DNA from: Jimgerdemannia flammicorona
Lineage: Eukaryota
DNA: 35,139 bases
Direction: 5' to 3'
NCBI GenBank assembly: GCA_003990765.1
Contig: RBNJ01000260.1
Location: forward strand, 1 to 35,139
A program made the position numbers and the translations under genes. Under the pieces are notes generated by a model. It was not told where the DNA came from. It saw only the letters and a program-made list of their open reading frames with translations, and searched no databases. Below are positions 1 through 12,206 of this stretch, in pieces (within the stretch, counting starts at the first letter, position 1; each line of letters begins with the position of its first letter).

Positions 1-107
1 ACTTAGCCAATAAATTCTTCTGAATATATCTCTCCTGTATCCCCTCTCAGGCTGTCTGGTCCAGTCACACTTTCTTGCCATTCATAATCTCTACAACTGT
101 CCTGGCC
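1..107 (-). mobile_element. Continuation of the LINE ORF1-like frame interrupted by LTR element A
   Basis: Removing element A and one TGGCC copy joins ...VWKEFEA (8133 side) in frame to RTVVEIMNGKKV*LDQTA*EGIQERYIQKNLLAK. Confidence 0.6.
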
Positions 108-406
108 TGTAAGCACACAACCTTCAAGCTACTGAAATCACACATCACCCTCCAACCAAGCCACTGAAATCACACATGACAGCTGAATGAATCTGGAAAT
201 TACCTGTAAGATTATGAAGCTGAGTCAAACAGAAGTCACAGTATACAAAGCTAAGTCAATATGAAGTCATAGAATATAAGATTTATATAAACAAAATCTT
301 ATCAATTAGGACCAAACATATATGTATATACTGAGTACTGAGATGTATCAAATAAAGAACCAAAACAAACTAAACATACAATACCAACTTCTGAACATAC
401 ACAAAT

Positions 407-1493
407 ATGACCACCAAGATCTACAATCATATCTGTGCTGACATTTGAAATGCTATTATCAATCAAGCCACACCCCCTCTGCCCCTCATGAATATCCATA
501 GTCTAGTACCCCTCTACTTTATAGAAGCCTGATGGAATACCCTGAATATGCTTAGTGAGGCCCACCAAATTGGACAAATCTCAAGCTACTACCAGATCAG
601 CCACCTCCTAGAAGACATGGTTGAACACCACCATGATATGGATATTACCCAGATGTCCCAACACTAGAAACTCATTACCTGCAAATATCGAGAACTCTTC
701 TATGAGTACAGTACCTTTATTCCCTATCTCCAAGTTACTACTGCTGAAATGGTTGCTACCCTGTCCTATGGCCAAATCAATGACATGATATAAGAACTCA
801 ATCATAAGTATCTCGAATATATTCAGACTACAGATAGAACCTTCCCACACCCTGATGACCATATCCTGCAAATGCCTCAAGTTAGATATGTCATGAAGGA
901 TGTCTATAGTATAATCTGATTTAATGAAGATGAAGCAGAAGATAATGACCAACATGACCTCAAGCTAAGGATCTCTGCCAACTCTGATCACTTTATCAAT
1001 ACTGCTGATGAACTTACAGTAGTTCATAACCACCTATAAGACCTATTGGGACAATGACTACTGGTATGAATACCAACCCACATTCACTCCTGATTACTTC
1101 AACTATAATGAAGAGACAGGAGAACACAACCTGTACCTTCAGACAACTCTCGAGATTGAACCAACTACTCTACCACCTGAGTACAAGCAACATGAACCAC
1201 AGCTGCCAGCTTACTACAACTCCATGACTCATAGTGCTATAATCTATAGAAGGTATACAGATAGCGAATCTGATGAAAGTGAAGATAATGTACCACTCCT
1301 CTGCCCACCAACTCCATACTCAGTATATGAGACAGACAATGCTATCCTGTGAGATGGTGATAAAGTTCCAATATATTACTATCTTAGTAAACAAGGAGAA
1401 TTAATCCACAAATAACTCTTCCTAGATGACTACTTCATCAGAGATAATATTATTGATGGTGATTTCATCGAAGACTACTCAGACAGTATCTAA
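407..1493 (+). pseudogene. Decayed LTR-internal ORF of unknown function (365-aa consensus), 5' LTR copy
   Basis: ATG407 MTTKIYNH...DFIEDYSDSI-TAA1493. One 11-bp deletion relative to the other LTR. Most stops are sense codons in the other copy. Confidence 0.75.
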
Positions 1494-1682
1494 ATCTATA
1501 GATAGCTTAGCAGTCATAGTATAGTTAGATTAGCCTTATATGATATGACTGTGAACTGACTTAGCAGTCAGATGATCTCTTGATATATCAGATCACACTT
1601 ATACTATATAACTGCATTCTGACTTAGCAAGATACTAAGTGCTATATCTATATTCAGTATAGTTCAGATAGCCCCTCACTAG

Positions 1683-1690
1683 TATAAATA
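1683..1690 (+). promoter_or_regulatory. Putative LTR TATA box
   Basis: TATAAATA in both LTRs (also 7628-7635), downstream of the LTR ORF stop and ~500 bp before the LTR end. Confidence 0.5.
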
Positions 1691-2191
1691 CCCCCCCCCC
1701 CCATATTTCAGAATCTCAGACTTAAATACTTAAAGACTCAAATACATAAAAACATTTCTGAACACTTTTTCACAAATATCCCTTTACACAACTACTCCTA
1801 GTATAGCAATATCATGAATAGCAAATAAATCTATTTATTAATCCATAAACTACTCTTAAGTAAATCTGCTCTCCATTAGGTCCCACTCCTAACCCCATCA
1901 CAAAATTTCCTAATTGGGTATTGTCTGTAGCGATATGCCAATTCAACTAAGCTGGTCTTAGTTTCTTGAACTTCCTAAAATATGGAAAATCCTAAACATC
2001 CAGAACTAGTCCAAAAAAGGGACTTTGGTTGAGATGTCAACCTGATCTTGAAATCAATAAGTATAGAGGATATACTCTATATGAAATTAATCTTGACCTT
2101 AAGAAAACAGTCTTCCAGAATATTCAGAACTTCCAGAAAACTCTTCCAGAACTATATAATAGTTACCCTAATAAGTAACCCTCTTATAACT

Positions 2192-2203
2192 TGGTAGTAG
2201 TGG
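2192..2203 (+). other. Primer-binding site of element A (initiator tRNA-Met type, mutated)
   Basis: TGGTAGTAGTGG 3 nt after the LTR; equals TGGTAGCAGCGG with two C>T changes and resembles the PBS of element B. Confidence 0.75.
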
Positions 2204-3130
2204 TTTACAATCTAATTCTGCTTCAAGATGCTTCCTCATCCTACTACAAACCCCTCTGAGAATTCCTACAAGTTGGTATAAAGCCCAACCTCTGAACCGG
2301 AATTTATCCTGAACTATCTGACAATCTGGAGAGAATTGAACCTAATATATAAGAACAATTTGATCTCCACACCTACAACAAGTGAGACAAACTTCATTCA
2401 AAGAAAGAAATACTTCAGATAAATCAGCAGATAGGTGAAACTCTATATATCAAACTTCTTACACTACATCCAACAAGTTAAGATGAAGAAGGTCTTATAG
2501 AAGTCTTCTTTACTCTTCTTAACAAGAGTTTTGTCAACTCCACAAATCTGAGTAACCTAGGACAATCATCAGCAGTCTTTCTAGCCTTAGTTCCTCATAA
2601 AGCCTAAGCCTCTATAGTCAAGTGGCTCAACTCTACTGACTTTCACTGTACCAGAACCAAGACCACATTATACTATTAATTCTAGAATAGTAAGACCCAC
2701 TATATTCTTAAGAGAAACCCTTCATCAACAATCTGACCCTGAACCAGAAGCAGGCCCTACTACAGCTCTACTTAAGCCTGAAACCAACACTGAACTGAAA
2801 CTTGATTTTGAATTAAGTCTATCTGAAATCAGATATACAACTGAGTCTGTCTACTTTGATGCTGAGCAAACCCAATTACATAGAGACCAAACTGAAGAAG
2901 AGGAGGAGTATCTTAGTAAATTCAATCCTAAATATATCACCGAAGGAGATGTATAATAGAATATACCTATACAGTAACAGATAGCTACCTATTGAGCCCT
3001 TACTCCAGACCCACAACTATTACTCCAGCAACTTACATAGACCCAAAGAACTCCATCACACTCTGTACTAGTACCTCAAGTAGTACCAGTAACACCACTA
3101 CCAATAGTCCAACTGCCTCTAGTGAATAAT

Positions 3131-4120
3131 ATGGCAAACTAATAGATTCTAAATCTCACAGCTCAGGTAGTCATAATGGCAGCAACCATTACTACCTTAG
3201 CTGAACAGATCTGACCAACAAAAAATCTGAGCCTACCTATCTTCAATGGTACTGCACAAGAAGTCCAAAGCTTCATTAGTATAGTTGATACTAACTTTGA
3301 AGCCAATCAATGGACAAATGAGCAAGTTGCTGACTGCCTTCTGACAAACAATCAAGACCACACCCTAGAACAACTCTTTGCTACCACTACAGCCTATATT
3401 TGCCAAGTTGTTATATTCTTCCAAGGACCTGCCAAAGAATGGTGGTAAACCCTTCCTGAAAAACCCCTTATATGAGATACCCAACCTGCAGTAGTTGCCC
3501 AGAATACAGCAAATAATGCCCCAGGATATAGAGCCTATCCTACAGCCCCTGGGCTCAAACAACTTATGATTGCTCAATACTACAGCAAAACCATGATTGC
3601 TGAATCTTGAGTAAAACTCTGTAATCTCAAATTTGATATATATGGCAAAGAAGAATTCAAAATCTTCTGTACAAAACTCGAGTCACTTCTGAATACTGTT
3701 GGCCTAGAATATATTGCTAATGGTGAAGTACAAAATAATATAAGAGCAGATAATTTATTTGACACACTGCCTGAATGGCTTACTAGAAAAATCTGAGAAC
3801 AAGGCCACCCAGTTGGTTGTGATCACCAACAATAGTGTCTGGTAAGAATCAAGACTATGATCAAGCAAATCCTAACAGCTGGACCAATTCTGCCCTGAAG
3901 ACAATTCAACAACAAGAAAAAGACTTGGACCAAGAAAGAAGAACCCAAGCACAAAGCATCCCAAGCTCCCTCCACATCCATCTCTTAGATACCCAGAAAT
4001 CATGAACTCACCTAGCTGAGCACTTTTAAAAAACTCACCAAAGGAGAAAGGAATGAACTTTGAAGAAGTGGAGCATACTTCTATTGCTGAAAAACAGAAT
4101 ATATAACAAGTGCCTGTCCT
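3131..4120 (+). pseudogene. Gag (capsid plus CCHC zinc knuckle) of element A
   Basis: LPIFNG and FQGPAKEWW capsid motifs; knuckle remnant YFYC*KTEYITSAC (from CX2CX4HX4C) at ~4076-4117. Confidence 0.85.
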
Positions 4121-4195
4121 AACCAAAAATCCCAAACAGCAATACAAGCAACTGTTACTACTCTGCACTACCTCAATAACCTGATCACTAGAACA

Positions 4196-4604
4196 CTGGA
4201 CTTTGTCAAGTTAAGGCAAACTGCCAAGACCCCAACCAAAGAAAGTCAAAAAGCAGCTGGATATAACCTGTATGTAGCTGAAGAAGCTACAGTCTCTAAC
4301 TGAGAAGTCAAGCGAGTCTATATAGGAATTACTATCCAAATTCCTAAAGAACATGTTAGAAGAATATGCTGTTGTAGTAGCCTAGCATTGAAAGGACTCT
4401 CAGTAGAAGAAGGAGTCATTGATGAAGATTACACAGGCGAAATTATTATCCTTATCTGAAACCATAGTTGAATATCCTTTAAGATCTCCATTGGTTTCTG
4501 TATTGCCCAGATCCTATTCAAAAAAAATTGAGTCAACTCTGACAGTCAAGAAAGTCTCTGAACTACTACCTACTATTCGAGGATCCAAAGGATTTAACTC
4601 ATCA
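4196..4604 (+). pseudogene. dut: dUTPase domain of element A
   Basis: Five motifs in order: AAGYNL, RICCCSSL, GVIDEDYTGEI, GFCIAQ, RGSKGFNSS. Internal stops and one frameshift in an A-run. Confidence 0.92.
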
Positions 4605-4819
4605 AACAAGGCCTCAGCCCAATTTATCATGAATAAAGAAGAATAATTCTACAAGAAAATTGAAGATGGATATGTACCAAGTAGCTGATACCCCCATGGT
4701 ATTAGAATGTACTCTTCCTGAATAATTGACAATTACTTCTCTTATATCAATGAACTGGCTCAAAGAAGAACCAATAGAAGGAAAGCTCTTATAACTGAAA
4801 TTACCACCATTGGATCAGA

Positions 4820-5182
4820 CAAACTACTTATACTTCAAGCTTTTATTAACTGAGCACTTGTCAAGATTATGATAGACAGTGGTACCTCAGGCAACTCATC
4901 AATGAAGAAACAGCTAATAGACTCAAGGTCTTTACCTCCCTGGTACAACAAACTCAAGCAGTTGCTATAGCTGATAGAATCTCCCATGTTATTAGCAAGG
5001 AAGTCCACAATCTACCCTTCCAAATTGGTGACTACTGAGTATATATTACCCTTCAGATTGTACCACTCTCTGACAATGAAATCATTCTTGAGACTCTATG
5101 GTTAAAACAAGAAAACCCCATAATCAATTGGGTAAACCATTCTCTGACTATCAAGAAAGGATATTATAACTTCAAACTACAA
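4820..5182 (+). pseudogene. Retropepsin-type aspartic protease of element A
   Basis: KIMIDSGTSGN (D at 4875) and IILETLWLKQENPIINW (from ILGxPWL...PxIDW). Confidence 0.9.
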
Positions 5183-5616
5183 GGTGAAAAAGTTCTACTA
5201 GACACCTGAGGATATCAAGTTGACAACCTCAAGTACAGACCATCTACAAAGCTGAACAGCAAGTTTATTGGACCATTTAAAGTCATTGCACAAGTCTCTC
5301 TGACCTCCTACAAATTGACACTACCAGATACCATTAATGTCTACCTAGTCTTTAATATCCAATGTCTCAAGTATACAATGAAAATAATGATGAACTATTT
5401 CCAAACTGAACTATAGAACCACCTGTGCCTGTCATTATTAATGACTAAGAAGAATATGAAGTTGAATAAATCCTCAACAAACATGGCTATAAGAACCACC
5501 CTGAATACCTTATCAAATAGAAAGATTACCTAATCCATGATATAATATGGGAACCCAAGACCAATCTTCAGAATGCAACTGACTTAGTTCAGAAATATGA
5601 TTCCTTGAACAACTAA
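5183..5616 (+). pseudogene. Integrase C-terminal GPY/F module plus chromodomain of element A
   Basis: GEKVLL...KLNSKFIGPFKVI...YKLTLP, then EYEVE*IL...EYLIK*KDY...WEPKTNL; TAA at 5614-5616. Confidence 0.9.
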
Positions 5617-6027
5617 AACTAAATACCCAACAACTATTAGTACATACTATATATTACCTCCTGAATATTATAATTATCATGAACAAAATCAAGGACTCAG
5701 CAAGTCAAGACAAAAAATACTGACTCTTTAGAAAAATAGCAAAACTGAAAGCAAGTCTATTCTCCCTATACTACTGGTGGGAAATGAGGCATAGACATTT
5801 AAGAAGATTCCTTAGAGGAAATTCTCCAGCAGTGAATGACATCAGAATTACTTCTAACATATAGCATTGAACACATGACCCTTTAACATATGAATCCAAT
5901 GTATTAGGCAACTATACTACAAGCATGCCACTTTCTGAAAAAATAGACTTCACCAGACTTTTTATCTCCCAAATAATATAACAATACTAGAACAAATTAG
6001 AAGGCCCCAACAAGGACATCAAAAGCT

Positions 6028-6040
6028 AAGAAGGAGAGAG
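6028..6040 (+). other. Polypurine tract of element A
   Basis: AAGAAGGAGAGAG one base before the TG of the 3' LTR. Confidence 0.85.
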
Positions 6041-6041
6041 T

Positions 6042-8132
6042 TGTAAGTATACAACCTCCAAGCCACTGAAATCACATATCACCCTCCAACTAAGTCACTG
6101 AAATCATATATGACAGCTGAATGAATCTGGAAATCACCTACAAGATCATAAAGCTGAGTCAAACAGAAGTCACAGTACACAAAGCTGAGTCAATATGAAG
6201 TTATGGAATACAAGATTTATACAAACATAATCTTACTAATCAGGACCAAACATATATATACCAAGCACCAAGACATATCAAACAAAGAACCAAAACAAAC
6301 CAAACATACAATACCAACTCTTGAATATATATAAACATGACTACTGAAATCTACAACTACATTCATACTGATATTTAGAATGCCATTATCAACCAAGCCA
6401 CACCCCCTCTGTCCCTCATGAATATCCATAGTCTAGCACCCCTCTACTTCATGGAAGCCTTATGGAATACCCTGAACATGCTTAGTAAGGTCCACCAAAT
6501 CAGACAAATCTCAAGCTACTATCAGATTGGCTGCCTTCTAGAAGATATGGTTAAACACCACTATGACACAGATATTATCCAGATGTCCCAATACTAGAAA
6601 CTCATCGCTCACAAACATCAAGAACTCTTCTATGAGTATAGCACCTTTATTCTCTACCTCCAAGTTACTACCACTGAAATGATCACTACTCTATCCTATA
6701 ACCAAATTAATGACATGATACAAAAACTCAACCATAAGTACCTTGAATATGTTCAGACCATAGACAGAACCTTTCTGCACCCTGATGACCATATCCTGCA
6801 AATGCCTTAAGTCAGATATATGTACCATAAAGAATGTCTATAGTATAATCTGATTTAATGAAGATGAAGCAAAAGACAATGATCCCTCTGATACCAACAT
6901 GATCTCAAGCCAAGGATCTCTGCCAACTCTGATCACTTTACTAATACTGCTGATGAACTTACAGCAGTTCATAACCACCTACAAGACCTATTAGGATAAT
7001 AACTACTGGTATGAATACCAACCTACATTCACCCTCAATTACTTCAACTATAATGAAGAGACAGGAGAATATAACCCATACCTTCAGATAACTCTCAAGA
7101 TTGAACTAACTACTCTACCATCTGAGTACAAGTGATATGAACTACAGCTGTCAGCTTACTACAACCCTATGATACATAGTACTATAACCTATAGAAGGTA
7201 TGCAGACAGTAAATCTGATGAAAGTGAAGATGATACACCACTCCTCTACCCACTAACTCTATATCTAGTATATGAGACAGACAATGCTATCCTGTGGAAT
7301 AGTAATAAAGTCTCAATATATTACTACCTTAGTAAATAAGGAGAATTAATCTACAAATAACTCTTCCTAGATAACTACTTCATCAGGGATGATATCATTG
7401 ATAGTGATATCATCAAAGACTACCCAGATAGTATCTAAATCTATAGATAGCTTAGCAGTCATAGTATAGTTAGATTAGCCTTATATAATATAACTGTGAA
7501 CTAACTCAGCAGTCAGATAATCTCTTGATATATCAGATCACACTTGTACTACATAACTGCATTCTGACTCAGCAAGGCACTAAGTACTACATCTATATTC
7601 AGCATAGTTCAGATAGTCCCTCACTAGTATAAATATTCCCTTTCCTATACCTCAGAATCTCAGACTTGAACATTTGAAGACTTGAATATATAAGAACATT
7701 CCTGAACACTTTCCCACAAATATCCCTTTACACAACTACTCCTAGTATAGCAATATCATGAATAGCAAATAAACCTATTTAATAACCCACAAACTACTCT
7801 TAAGTAAATCTACTCCCCATTAGGTCCTACTCCTAACCCCATCATAAAATTTCCTAATTGAGTATTGTCTGTAGTAATATGCCAATTCAACTAAGCTGGT
7901 CTTAGTTTCTTGAACTTTCTGAAATATGGAAAATTCTGAACATCCAGAACTAGTCCAAAAAAGGGACTTTAGTTGAGACATTAACCTGATCTTGAAATCA
8001 ATAAGTGTAGAGGACATACTCCATATGAAATTAATCTTGACCTTAAGAAAACAGTCTTTCAGAATATCCAGAACTTCCAGAAAACCCTTCCAGAACTATA
8101 TAATGGTTGCTCTAATAAGTAATCCTCTTATA
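6042..8132 (+). repeat. 3' LTR of element A (2091 bp)
   Basis: Second copy of 108-2188; followed by TSD TGGCC. Confidence 0.95.
6337..7438 (+). pseudogene. Decayed LTR-internal ORF, 3' LTR copy
   Basis: ATG6337 to TAA7438 is 1102 bp, i.e. 1098 plus a 4-bp insertion near 6820. Confidence 0.75.
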
Positions 8133-9110
8133 TGGCCTCAAACTCCTTCCATACCAATCTTCTTCTCTCTATGACTCCAGCCAGATCCTCCAATGCCTCC
8201 AGTAAGTTCTTTTCTTCCTCCAGCATTTCTTTCACTCTTGAGATCTTGCACTCCACAGGTCTCCATTTGAAGACTGCCAGCCAGTCTCTCATCTTCCCTG
8301 TATTCTTCTTGTCTATCAGCCATACTCTGATATCTATATTACCAGTTCTGAATTTGGTACCCTCCTAGATCTAAAACCCAACATTCACAATTTCCCCATA
8401 CTCCTTGATGGCCTCAACAATCAACCCCTTGGCTATTTCCTTTGACACTATAGAAATATCCAGCACTGTCAGCTGTACTACTTAGGAATCTCAGTATAAG
8501 TACTGGGCTATAGAGATCACCACCTCCCCCCCTACTACTACTCTCTTCTCTATCACTTCTAATAGTATATCCTCTTTCTTGAAGCCCACCTCCATCTCTT
8601 CCAAACCCTTCAAGAACTTTACCAACATTGCTCTTTTCACCTCCTGGACTAGAAGTCCTAGAATTATCCTTACTATTACCACTAAGCCTCAGAAGTACAA
8701 TATGACAGCAAATTCTGATCTCAATTTCTTGAGTAATAATACTGCCAATAGACCTATTATACCATCTGCCAGATCCCCAGGCCTCATGCCCCCCCCCCTC
8801 TGTCCAGATCTATCATCAACTATCACATCTGGATTTTTTTCCAGATTAGTAGTCTCCTTGCTATCAGTAGTCCCACTCTCCCCAGTTACTACTCCCCCAG
8901 CCCTACTACTCTCACCACTATGGACCACTCCACCAGCCTCTACAGTCCTTGCTATCTCCTTGTCCTTCCTCAGCCAGTCCTCCAGTTTAGTTGTCAGATG
9001 ATCTCCCTTCACCTTATCTGTAAAGCTTGTCCTCTCAGTCTCCTATCTTCCAGTACTGCCTCCTCTCCTTCTATGTCCTCTAGCCAGCAAGCTCTGCATA
9101 CTTTCCTCCA
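8133..9110 (-). mobile_element. Decayed non-LTR (L1-like) ORF1 remnant
   Basis: SFTDKVK N-terminal motif; RRM-like VQLTVLDI...IVEAIKEYGEIVNVGF...EGTKFRTGNIDIRV, resembling LINE ORF1 proteins. Confidence 0.6.
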
Positions 9111-9149
9111 AGTCATGACTCCTCCCTACATACTGCTAGTTAAATATAC

Positions 9150-11115
9150 TAGGGCCACTCTATCCAGTATGTACCTCAGAATACTTGTCAGTTATTATAT
9201 TACTAGTACCTTTTCTCCAAAAATAATGTCTTGAGTATTACCAGAAGTTTGTATAATCCGAATATTACCAGAGAAAGGTATCAAGTCTCTCTAACCTCTG
9301 TAAGGCCCATCTTATATAATTCCTCTGAGCCTCCTTTTCTCTCTCAGCCTCATCTCAGAACTACTGAGCATCAGATTTTAAATACTGCTAATGATCCCCA
9401 ATCTCCAACCCCTATACCCTCTAGCTAATAATTCTAGTACTAATATCTACTACCCATTTATCTTATAAGATGTATTCCTCTAGTAATAAAGTATTTAGAT
9501 ATCAATGTCCAGACCCTCTCCTTATTTCCCTCAAACCTCCTACAGCCCAGCAAACCCCAGTGATCAGATCAAGAATACCAAATTGTCTCAAGAAAACTCC
9601 AGACATCTGCTTCCCAATACTCAGCAGTTAATATCCAGTTGATCTTTAATTCTAGCCCAGCTACTTAGTGAGTGTAGACCTGGTGGCCTTCCCACCCAAG
9701 TTGCCCTATATCCACCAGTAAGCTCAATCTCTCAATCTCTCCCTAGTCTTCTATCTCTCCACTCCTACTCATCATCCTCCTCTCTCTATCAGTTCTGTCT
9801 AGCAGTCTATCACATATTATGTTAAAGTCACCCCCAGACAGTTAATTCTCTCTGCTACAATAACTTTAATATCTTGTAGTCTCCTTATCCATGCAATATG
9901 CTCTCCTCTTTCTGCTGGACAATAACAAGACTCAATAGTTAAGGGGCTCCAGCTCAGCCTCCTCTACACTCCTTATACTACTCTGTTCTCCTAATGTCCA
10001 ATATCTCCAATGTCTCCCTTACTCTTCCTAACCAGAATACTCACCTAACCTTACCATATAACCATACTTCCCCATTCTCTTGTCTAATCCTACCCATCCA
10101 AGCCAGTATTATAGTCTATATTCTATAATAAGAATAGATCTACATCTAGCCCCTTCAACCAGCTGAAGATATTCTGATGCCTTGATACATTCCTCAAGCC
10201 ATTGATATTTAAAGAGAAGATTCTAGTTATACTATTTATATTGAATAATATTCAAAGAGTAATCACTCACTCTACAATTCTATACTCACTATATTACTAG
10301 TAACATCTAGATTCTACTCTACCTTAAGCTCATCTGCCTCTCTCTCTACTGAGTATCTAGTACTTCTAAGATCTCCTAACAGTTCACACCATCCACTGCC
10401 TCTATGTTAGACTGATAGTCCTTACATACTATTTACTACTTCTCTAACTCTTTTCTAGATCTTTATAGATATACTGTCTGCTCATTTGTAATGGTTAGAA
10501 GTACTGTCTCTCTGGTATCATCTATCTCATACTCCTCTGCCTCTAACAGGTCTACCAATAATTTATTATGAAGCTTCTGAACCACCTCCTCTCCTCACAA
10601 GATCTCACCCCAGTATTACTTACTAATCACTCTAAAATCTACCTTATCTAACTTATCTGCTATAATATTTATCAATGTCTTCTATAGCCACTTCTTCTTC
10701 TCTATAGTCTCATTAATACCTAGGGCTACCTCCTGTCTCTCTGTCCTAGACCTCTCTCTGTATTCATCCTCACTAACTCATTTCAGTCCTCCTTCAGCAT
10801 ATCCTACAACTTGTCGGTTCTCTCTCCTCCTGTGGGCACCCCATACTGCACTTGGGCTTCCTCAACTATCATCACATCCTCAGCCACTGTACTCTGCTTG
10901 GAGTTTTCCCCTCTCCTCCAGGGTTACTGCAGGAGCTCCTCTCTTTTTCCCTATCCAAGTACTTGCCCTCAATTCTCCACCAACAGTAGTAGCCTCACCC
11001 TCTGCCCTCCCTCTCAGTTTTGCTAATAGTTTTTTTCTAACATTGCCTCTCTTATACATACCCTCTTTCAGGCAGTCTTATTAAGTTGCACTCTTCTGCT
11101 ATTCACTATCTCAAC
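9150..11115 (-). mobile_element. Decayed L1-like LINE fragment with APE endonuclease (about 10240-9545)
   Basis: RIFSLNINGL (10224-10195), IFSWLKGLDVDLFLL, SCYCPA, GGDFN (9835-9821), LLDR and SDH (9568-9560) in canonical APE order. No RT follows. Confidence 0.85.
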
Positions 11116-11125
11116 TAGTACTCTC

Positions 11126-11272
11126 AAATAAATTGAATCAAATTAGGGTTGATTCAAATTGAATTGAATTGGAGATTTTTATATTTGAATTAAATTTAAA
11201 TTAAATTGAATTTAAATTAAATTGAGGGTCTAATTTGAATTAGTCAAATTAAATTGAATATCAATTTGAGAT
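11126..11272. repeat. Subterminal short repeat array of the hAT element
   Basis: Many AATTGAAT/ATTCAAAT/AATTAAAT variants, consistent with a CG-centred motif mutated to TG, CA or TA. Confidence 0.6.
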
Positions 11273-11645
11273 TCTTGGTGGCTTATATTATGAGATAATC
11301 AGTTCTTTATTTAAAAGGCATGTCACTTGAAATTCATATATAAATATATAACCAAAATTCACACATAACTAAAATTTACATCTAATTGAAATTCACATAT
11401 AACCAATATATATTTCGAAATTCTCACACATATATACAACTCTGGTCCTGATCCTGATCTCAGCCATACCTGACTATAGTAGCAGCTATCTGGTGAGTAT
11501 TATTATATGATCTCTTTTTCAGCAGAAGATCAAAGATCAATAGATTGAGTTATTGACAGATTTTGAGAAGAGTATGACATAGTTTTCCATATCTTTTGCA
11601 ATTGTTGAAACTTGTATAAGATCAACCTTTAGTTTTTAGAGTGAC

Positions 11646-11970
11646 AGCTTGGGCAGTAGTGGTAGCTTAGGCAGTGGCTTGGACTTGGGCTTAGATAGCA
11701 GCTTAGGCTTGAGTAGTGGCTTGGGCTTGGGTGGTGGCTTAGGCTTGGATGGTAGCTTGGACTTGGGTGGTGACTTGGATGGTAGCTTGGGCTTAGGTGG
11801 TGGCTTGAGCTTAGGTGATAGCTTGGGTGGCAGCTTGAGCTTAGATGGTAGCTTAGGCTTAGGCTTAGATAGTAGCTTGGGCTTAGATAGTAGCTTAGGC
11901 TTAGACAGCAGCTTAGGCTAGAGCAGTGGTAGCTTGGACTTAGATAGCAGCTTGGGCTTAGGTGGTATCT
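11646..11970. repeat. Low-complexity 6/12/18-bp tandem array (GGCTTA, GATAGCAGCTTA variants)
   Basis: Directly visible; all unit lengths are multiples of 3. Confidence 0.85.
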
Positions 11971-12206
11971 TTAGAGATCTTAGGAGTGGAGACTTTAGGG
12001 GCAACTTGAGAGATAGCTTCTGGTGCAGTCTTTGAGATAAATTACTTAATTGCTTTTTCAATCTTTTTCTTCTTCTTCTTATATTCATCATTAGTCTTAG
12101 ATTCTTCATCATCCAACTAGATGACAACCTTGTTAATAGTATTATTTATATTCTCAAAGACTTCAGAAAGATAGTTAATATAGTATTGAAGTTTTTTATA
12201 AGATAA

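Larger units (their letters stand above)
108..2188 (+). repeat. 5' LTR of element A (2081 bp)
   Basis: Aligns end to end with 6042-8132; followed by a 3-nt spacer and a TGG-starting PBS. Confidence 0.95.
108..8132 (+). mobile_element. Ty3/Gypsy chromovirus-like LTR retrotransposon A: two LTRs, internally deleted, decayed
   Basis: Direct repeats 108-2188 and 6042-8132 with ends TGTAAG...CTTATA. 5-bp TSD TGGCC at 103-107 and 8133-8137. PBS, PPT, Gag, zinc knuckle, dUTPase, protease and chromodomain remnants inside. Confidence 0.95.

Noticed and set aside
302..955. Minus-strand ORFs in the LTR (302-499, 608-955; also 6217-6429)
   Set aside because: Antisense shadows of the plus-strand LTR frame; 608-955 is not called in the second LTR.
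11649..11921. Gly/Leu/Ser-rich 90-aa ORF
   Set aside because: By-product of the tandem array; surrounding coding signal is on the minus strand.
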